Shown here piece by piece: positions 58,353-64,000 of a DNA stretch of 64,000 nucleotides (position 1 is the stretch's first letter; each line of letters begins with the position of its first letter). The notes under the pieces are model-generated. The model ran no database searches, had not been told where the DNA came from, and saw nothing but the letters and a program-made list of their open reading frames with translations. This DNA comes from an uncultured Bacteroidales bacterium. GTDB lineage: Bacteria > Bacteroidota > Bacteroidia > Bacteroidales > JAEINX01. The position numbers were made by a program, and so were the translations under genes. Location of the stretch: positions 25,716 through 89,715 of the forward strand of contig CAYWXI010000018.1 of NCBI GenBank assembly GCA_964462015.1. The letters run 5' to 3'.

Positions 58353-61300
58353 TTATTGAATAACAATTTTCCTCACCTGAGTTAAATCTTTTCCTCTGAA
58401 GCTTACAAAATAAACTCCGGCGGGTAATTCTTTTAGGTCAAGTTTTTCGGTAATAATAGTATTTGTTCCCTCAAATTCAAAGAAGCAATAATCATTACCG
58501 TGAACATCGTATACTTCTAGCTGTACTTTTCCACTCAGTCCTTCGATTGAAATATTAAATATTCCTTCGGAAGGATTTGGGAATATTGAAATGATCTCTT
58601 GGGTGTTTTCAATATTATTTACCCCTTTTGTAACTTTTATTATACTATACAAACCATCCTCACCCGGATAAACTTTCTGTATATATGCTTCATTATAAGG
58701 ATCAATCATTTCATATTCGGCTACCCTTGTTTTTTGTGTAAACGAATCATAAACTTTTAATTGTATCGGATTTCCCGCTTGATAACCTTGTCCTGAGTTT
58801 ATTGTACTAAACACAGCAAGGTCATTTTCAAAGGCATTTTTAGAATTGATCTTAACCGATCCTATTATTTTATCACCGTCAAAAGCAGCTACTTCATCGC
58901 CAATTTGCAAACCGTCAATATATATTGTGTAAACATGTTCAGCAGCATTTCCACCTTCAAAATTAAAGTGAACAGCTTCCCTACTTTTAATTTTTGTGTT
59001 TGACAAATTTAAAGCCTGTTCTTTCGCTTTTGCAGAAGAATTATCAAAAGTTAAATTTTCCTTTAAACAACGAACTGATTTTCCCCCTAACTTCATTGGA
59101 TTGCCGCGGGTCACCTCATTTGAGTTATAGTAAAGAAGCCGGCTCCATGCTGTTGTATTATTATCAGAAGATGACCAAAAGTTGGCACTTGCCTCTATGT
59201 TATTGAAACTTCCAAGATGATAGCGGTAACCGGCAGGAAGGGCTGTAAATCCAAAAAGGTCGGTTCCGTTAGAATTTGGATACCAGCCGGATGTTGATTT
59301 CAAATTAAGACCTACATCATACCCTCTCGATCCAAAATTATTCCAAATCGGGTCGCCAACCGGATATTGGCTATCAACTGTGCCTTCCAATATTTTCCAT
59401 TCATCATCGGTAGGAATATACCAACCTTCAGGGCAAAGACCTTGCACACCAGGTGTAATTGTGTATTGCATCATTTCATCCCATTGGTATAAGCCACCGT
59501 ACTCATCGCAATTTGAAGTATTATTATCGTAACAATATCTTTCAATTACACCATTGTCTGTCATTTCTTCAGTTCCGTTTATCATTTCACCTATATTCAG
59601 GTTTTCAGCCATCCAACATTGTTCACCAATTAGAACTGTGTTATAAGTTTTCCCATCGCGAATGTCAATAAATTGTTCACCGCAGGAAGATAATGTTGAA
59701 GGATAAATCAAAACATCGGAATCAATCATTTTAACAAGGTAGCCCTCTCCCGGATTCATATCCCCGATTCCATTTATCCACATAGGCCCGATTTTACGAA
59801 GCATATCGCCTCCTGAATTTCTTACAAAATCAAGATTACTTTGAACATCGGCAAATACATCTAAAGCATCAATTGGGTTTTCAGGTAAATAACTAATGAA
59901 TTGATAGCCTTCCACAAGTGAAACAGGTGTTTGCGGGTCAATTACATCGCCTGTGATTATAAGTTCATCTGTATTATTCATTTTGAATAAATAACCCTCA
60001 GTTGTTATCCAATCGCCAATACCATTTATCCACATAGGTCCAATTTTGCGAAGCATACCTCCATTTGAATTTCTTGCAAAATCAAGATTTGATAAAATGC
60101 CATCACAGATAGCTGCAAAGTCTGCATTTTCGGGAATAATTCGTGTTGAAACAAAACTATAGCCGGTCGGAAGTTCAATTTGTTGTTCTTCTCCTGACGA
60201 AGATACGTTTATATAATCAATTTTTGTTTCTGTATCCTGATTTGTTCCATCACTAACTATTAATGATACTGTATAAATTCCAGGTTCATTATAAATCCAT
60301 TCAGGGTTTTGTTCTTCGGAATCAATGGCTCCATCATTATCAAAATCCCATTGCCATGTGGTTGGGCTGCCGTATGAAAGATCGGTGAATTGAATTGCAT
60401 CTCCTATAACTATTTCTGTTGAAGAAGCTGCAAAATCTGCATTCAAAGGTGGCGGTTCATTATAAAGCATTTGAATTTCATTATCAGACAAAGCCCGATC
60501 AAACATTCTGATGTCATCAATTTTGCCATCAAAAAATCTTCCTCCTCCTCCCCAGCGGGAGATGAAAAGATTGGGATTACTGTAATTTACTGTTGAACTC
60601 ATAGTTGATTCATTTTGAAAAACTCCATCAATATAGGATTTTATAGATGTCCCGCTTTTTATGCAAACTACATGATCCCATTGGTTTAGTTCAATAGTAA
60701 AATCTACTCCGCCATCAGGGTATAGCCCAAAGGAAAAATCATTGCTGGTTTGGTATGATTGAATTACCCAGTTATATGGGTGATTATTATCAATAAGAAC
60801 TATCCAGTTAGCTCCTATTGTTTCGCGGTTAACCCACATTGAAATTGTGAAATCCTGATAATTAAACCAGTTGCCCAAATTCATATAATCGCTACTTCCG
60901 TCAAAATCATAAGCATTATCGGCATTACCAAATCTGTCGGTAGTAAGAGTAGCTCCAAAGTTTGTTCCATGATGTTCATTACCACTGAGATCATTTGCAT
61001 TGCCGGTAAACGGGTAATAAGCAATCAAACCTTCAATAATACTACTTTCTACGGTAACATAATCAAGCATAATTTCAATATCAGTATTTACGCCATCACT
61101 AACTGTTAATGATACTGTATAAGTTCCGGATTCAATATAAATCCATTCGGGGTTTTGATCTTCGGAATCAATGGTTCCATCATTATCAAAATCCCATTGC
61201 CAGCTTGTTGGATTTCCTGCAGAAAGGTCAGAAAACTGTACAATCAATGGAGCAAAGCCTTCGACAGGATCAGCGAAGAAATCAGCTTGCACAGGTTCCA

Positions 61301-62252
61301 CAACAGTAATATAATCCTCTTTTGTTTGAGTATCTTCATTTGTTCCATCACTAACTGTTAATGATACTGAATAAATTCCGGGTTCATTAAAAGTCCATTC
61401 AGGGTTTTGTTCCTCGGAATCAATGGTTCCATCATAATTAAAATCCCATTGCCAGCTTGTTGGATTTCCTGCAGAAAGGTCAGAAAACTGTACAATCAAT
61501 GGAGCAAAGCCTTCGACAGGATCAGCGGAAAAATCAGCACCGAGAATAATTTCTTCTTTCAAGCAACGAACTGCAAAAGCGTTTTCCTTAGGATCGTAAT
61601 ATCGGCCTGTGTTATTGTAGTCATATTGCATGTGTCGCCGCCATGCATCAGTACCACTCGAGCTTGAAGTCCAAAGAAATGTATAGCTTTCTATACCAAC
61701 AAAATTACCATTATAGCGCATACCGGATGGAAGCATAGTGAAACCATAAAGGTTAGTTCCGTTACCATTGGAATACCATCCACTTGTTGATTTCAAATTT
61801 AATCCTGCATCATAACCTCTCCATCCAATATTACCCCAAATCGGGTCACCAACAGGATATTGGCTATCAGCATTACCTTCCAGGATTGCCCATTCAGTAT
61901 CGGTGGGAATATACCAACCGAAAGGACAAATACCTTGCATTTCCTGTGTTGTTGTATATTGCATCATTTCGTTCCATTGATATAAGCCGCCGTATTCATC
62001 GCAATTGGTCGCACTATTATCGTAACAATATTTCTCAATTATTCCATTGTCTGTCATATCTTCAGTACCGTTTATCATTGTACCTATATTCAGATTTTCA
62101 GCCATCCAGCATTGTTCGCCAATTTGGATGGTGCTGTAAGTTTGTCCGTCGCGAGGGTCAGTAAAAGTATCACCACAATTAAAATCTTTTTGTGTAAAAA
62201 TATTCGCTACAAAAAATATTGTGATTATTATAGTGATTGTAAAGTTTTTCAT
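58353..62252 (-). CDS. Multidomain T9SS-secreted protein (1299 aa): 2 x Fibrobacter-type major paralogous domain, 3 x PKD, LamG, 2 x LDFxRNS repeats, FEGG domain, sorting domain
   Basis: The FISUMP-type pattern occurs twice (GEQCWMAENLN...CDEYGGLYQW...GWYIPTD.EW..LEG...GLNLKSTSGW...VRCLKE). The PKD pattern occurs three times (FSDLSAGNPTSWQWDFDNDGTIDSE). The LamG pattern is LIAYYPFTGNANDLSGN...DDIRMFDRALSDNEI. The C-terminus is a T9SS sorting domain (IFPNPSEGIFNI...GVYFVSF). Confidence 0.85.
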   Translation of the reverse strand: MKNFTITIIITIFFVANIFTQKDFNCGDTFTDPRDGQTYSTIQIGEQCWMAENLNIGTMINGTEDMTDNGIIEKYCYDNSATNCDEYGGLYQWNEMMQYTTTQEMQGICPFGWYIPTDTEWAILEGNADSQYPVGDPIWGNIGWRGYDAGLNLKSTSGWYSNGNGTNLYGFTMLPSGMRYNGNFVGIESYTFLWTSSSSGTDAWRRHMQYDYNNTGRYYDPKENAFAVRCLKEEIILGADFSADPVEGFAPLIVQFSDLSAGNPTSWQWDFNYDGTIDSEEQNPEWTFNEPGIYSVSLTVSDGTNEDTQTKEDYITVVEPVQADFFADPVEGFAPLIVQFSDLSAGNPTSWQWDFDNDGTIDSEDQNPEWIYIESGTYTVSLTVSDGVNTDIEIMLDYVTVESSIIEGLIAYYPFTGNANDLSGNEHHGTNFGATLTTDRFGNADNAYDFDGSSDYMNLGNWFNYQDFTISMWVNRETIGANWIVLIDNNHPYNWVIQSYQTSNDFSFGLYPDGGVDFTIELNQWDHVVCIKSGTSIKSYIDGVFQNESTMSSTVNYSNPNLFISRWGGGGRFFDGKIDDIRMFDRALSDNEIQMLYNEPPPLNADFAASSTEIVIGDAIQFTDLSYGSPTTWQWDFDNDGAIDSEEQNPEWIYNEPGIYTVSLIVSDGTNQDTETKIDYINVSSSGEEQQIELPTGYSFVSTRIIPENADFAAICDGILSNLDFARNSNGGMLRKIGPMWINGIGDWITTEGYLFKMNNTDELIITGDVIDPQTPVSLVEGYQFISYLPENPIDALDVFADVQSNLDFVRNSGGDMLRKIGPMWINGIGDMNPGEGYLVKMIDSDVLIYPSTLSSCGEQFIDIRDGKTYNTVLIGEQCWMAENLNIGEMINGTEEMTDNGVIERYCYDNNTSNCDEYGGLYQWDEMMQYTITPGVQGLCPEGWYIPTDDEWKILEGTVDSQYPVGDPIWNNFGSRGYDVGLNLKSTSGWYPNSNGTDLFGFTALPAGYRYHLGSFNNIEASANFWSSSDNNTTAWSRLLYYNSNEVTRGNPMKLGGKSVRCLKENLTFDNSSAKAKEQALNLSNTKIKSREAVHFNFEGGNAAEHVYTIYIDGLQIGDEVAAFDGDKIIGSVKINSKNAFENDLAVFSTINSGQGYQAGNPIQLKVYDSFTQKTRVAEYEMIDPYNEAYIQKVYPGEDGLYSIIKVTKGVNNIENTQEIISIFPNPSEGIFNISIEGLSGKVQLEVYDVHGNDYCFFEFEGTNTIITEKLDLKELPAGVYFVSFRGKDLTQVRKIVIQ
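61047..61541. repeat. Internal near-identical tandem duplication (252-bp period) encoding PKD domains 1 and 2
   Basis: A stretch of ~110 nt starting near 61159 recurs near 61411 with only a few differences. This also explains why track ORFs 61155-61361 and 61407-61667 have identical N-termini. Confidence 0.8.
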
Positions 62253-62408
62253 AATCTCAGGTTTATAAAATTTAATAAAAAAAGCATTAATCGACCAGAA
62301 CTTAATTCTTGGTTGTAAAGATAAATGTTACCTTATTTATAAAGATAAGAAAATGTAAAAGCGGAAAGTGAAGATGTATATTCGGACAGTACTTTTTTAA
62401 ATTCGGTT

Positions 62409-63155
62409 TTAAACCATATCTAAGAGTTTCAGAAAACTCTCTTTCTTTCGCCGTGAAACAGGCAGGCATGAATTGTCTTTCATTACCACAGAACCTCCTT
62501 CAATTTTATTGTAATGATCGATGTATTTTAAGTTTATTAAATTAGATTGGTGTATCCGATAAAATCCAAAACCATCAAGCATGTCTTCGTATTCTTTAAG
62601 ATTTCTTGATACAAGAATTTTTTTACCATTCAAAAGATAAAAATTAGTATAACCTGCATCCGACTCGCATCTTATAATATCATTTGTATTTACGATGTAA
62701 ATGCTTTCGGCGGTTTTAAGAACAAGCTTTTTGTTTTCAGATGCGGAGTTTTCGAGATTTGCAAATAATGCATTAAGCTTTAAACTGGTATTTTCCTGTT
62801 CGACGAGTTTATGTGCTTTATCAATTGCGTTGAATAATTTTTTCGGATCAACGGGTTTTAGAATGTAATCAATAGCAGAAAATTCAAATGCCTGTACTGC
62901 ATATTCTTCATAAGCTGTAATAAATATTATTTTAAAATTCAACTTGTCGAGTTTTATCAGAAGGTCAAATCCCGATCCATCGGGCATATTTATATCAAGC
63001 AATACAATGTCGGGATTATATTTTGAAATAGCTTTAATGCCGGTAGCCACATTTTCGGCTTCAGCAACAAGGCTTATATTTTGCGGACAAAATTTAAGCA
63101 TGTCGGCAATACTTTTTCTTGCCCTTACTTCATCATCTATAATAATTATCTTCAT
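62409..63155 (-). CDS. LytR/AlgR-family response regulator (REC + LytTR DNA-binding domain)
   Basis: The receiver has acidic residues (IIIDDE) and a phospho-acceptor context (VLLDINMPDGSG). The C-terminal LytTR pattern is IYIVNTNDIIRCESDAGYTNFY...FYRIHQSNLINL. Confidence 0.9.
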   Translation of the reverse strand: MKIIIIDDEVRARKSIADMLKFCPQNISLVAEAENVATGIKAISKYNPDIVLLDINMPDGSGFDLLIKLDKLNFKIIFITAYEEYAVQAFEFSAIDYILKPVDPKKLFNAIDKAHKLVEQENTSLKLNALFANLENSASENKKLVLKTAESIYIVNTNDIIRCESDAGYTNFYLLNGKKILVSRNLKEYEDMLDGFGFYRIHQSNLINLKYIDHYNKIEGGSVVMKDNSCLPVSRRKKESFLKLLDMV

Positions 63156-63215
63156 GTGTTTGTGTTTCTGTAATTAACACATTTTTAATTGATTACATTA
63201 CAATAAAAAAATACA

Positions 63216-63276
63216 GAAATTGGAAATTAGAAATTAGAAATTTGGACTTCTTCCTATTTTCTAATTTCAAGTTTCA
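63216..63276. repeat. Hairpin repeat, GAAATTAGAAATTG word family, copy E (empty loop)
   Basis: The arms are gaaattggaaattagaaattagaaatttgga and tattttctaatttcaagtttc. The copy lies between the toxin gene stop and the response-regulator start. Confidence 0.8.
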
Positions 63277-63349
63277 TTATATAATTATTCTCTTGTGTGT
63301 CAAATTTACCTTATCGTTGGTGGTTTCATATATCAATTAAAATTTTGTA

Positions 63350-63631
63350 TTAAGTATGTTTCAAATATGTTTTTAAATCTCTGTAATAATTTTCGTGTAA
63401 TCCGATCATAATTAATTCAAGAAGGTTTATTGAGTAACGATAGGCTAAAAGATATTGTGAATTCCCCAGCTTAAACTTATGAACGAAAACATCTTTTAAA
63501 TCCCCCTTTTTTTGTTCACCAATATCCGGTTTTTCTATAATTTCCCGGACTACCTTATCCAAAGTAGCCTTCTGTGCTTTTGTGAATCTTTTTACTTTCT
63601 TTCGGAATGATCGCGATTGTGTTACCTTCAT
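63350..63631 (-). CDS. Type II toxin, RelE/ParE superfamily
   Basis: 93 aa with the pattern F.K..K......K....K.I.......P..G...KGDL.....HKF......YLLAY. It lies 6 nt downstream of a small antitoxin-like ORF. Confidence 0.7.
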   Translation of the reverse strand: MKVTQSRSFRKKVKRFTKAQKATLDKVVREIIEKPDIGEQKKGDLKDVFVHKFKLGNSQYLLAYRYSINLLELIMIGLHENYYRDLKTYLKHT

Positions 63632-63637
63632 CTTTGC

Positions 63638-63856
63638 TTAATCAAATGTGTAATCGGAAAACTCATCTTGTTCAAGTTCTTCCATTCCCAAAAGAATGTC
63701 CTTAATCAGACTGTAAGTCAAATCAGGATTATCTTCTACACATTTTCCAATTTTCGCCCAATGTTCAATTTGTCCGGTAAGCGAACGTTTCTCAACCCTA
63801 CTGAAAAGTCTGGCTTCTTTTGCCAATTTGTTGGATATTCTTACTGCTGTTGCCAT
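63638..63856 (-). CDS. ParD-like/ribbon-helix-helix-type antitoxin (72 aa from the ATG at 63856)
   Basis: MATAVRISNKLAKEARLFS... is typical of ParD-like antitoxins. The track start at 63895 would add an unlikely hydrophobic extension. Confidence 0.6.
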   Translation of the reverse strand: MATAVRISNKLAKEARLFSRVEKRSLTGQIEHWAKIGKCVEDNPDLTYSLIKDILLGMEELEQDEFSDYTFD

Positions 63857-63882
63857 AAAAATAATTTTTAAATTCTCAATTG

Positions 63883-63890
63883 CAAATATA
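63883..63890 (-). promoter_or_regulatory. Candidate -7 box (TATATTTG) for the toxin-antitoxin operon, embedded in TTGCAA-type palindromic words
   Basis: The minus strand reads gttgcaaaatgcaattttttgcttatatttgcaattgag. The -7 box is ~27 nt upstream of the ATG, and TTGCAA half-sites flank it. Confidence 0.4.
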
Positions 63891-64000
63891 AGCAAAAAAT
63901 TGCATTTTGCAACTTCTGGATATTTTTTAAATTTTTATTTTACACAAAAGCTTATGCTTAAAGTTTCCGATAAGGAATTATAAATTTCACTTTTGTTCCA

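Noticed and set aside
1-64000. Prophage, integrative element or transposon content
   Set aside because: No ORF has integrase, transposase, recombinase, capsid or terminase signatures. The only mobile-like sequences are the small hairpin/palindromic repeats.

Overview
Low-G+C chromosomal segment of Bacteroidota type. The supporting signs are T9SS C-terminal sorting domains, a GldB-like lipoprotein, an S46 peptidase and TAnnTTTG -7 promoter boxes. The core is a complete division/cell-wall (dcw) cluster at 19.2-35.4 kb on the + strand: mraZ-rsmH-ftsL-ftsI-murE-mraY-murD-ftsW-murG-[four-helix-bundle ORF]-murC-ftsQ-ftsA-ftsZ. Housekeeping genes flank it: nadE, a yifB/comM-like gene, engB, an acyltransferase pair resembling the glycine-lipid genes, a fused AccA-AccD carboxyltransferase, ygiQ, an S46 peptidase and a BNR/sortilin protein. 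The left edge carries a GH2 beta-mannosidase that is missing from the supplied ORF track because it runs off the window. No rRNA, tRNA, CRISPR array, integrase or transposase was found. The unusual content is as follows. (1) An A+T-rich three-gene ORFan operon at 4992-6758. (2) A 42-bp x ~7 tandem repeat that stays open in one frame but has no start codon (7333-7710). (3) A family of hairpin repeats built from GAAATTA/GAAATTG words; one copy encloses an Avd/23S-IVS-type four-helix-bundle gene wedged between murG and murC. (4) A ~6 kb tandem duplication holding two giant T9SS cargo genes (1573 and 1807 aa) whose internal domains are shuffled. (5) A third 1299-aa T9SS protein that shares with them a C-terminal cassette I cannot name (2 x LDFxRNSxGxMLRKIGPxWxNGIG repeats, a FEGGNAAE domain and the sorting domain). 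(6) Intergenic spacers inside the normally compact dcw cluster that are filled with short word repeats. All functional calls rest on motifs read from the translations. No database search was possible.
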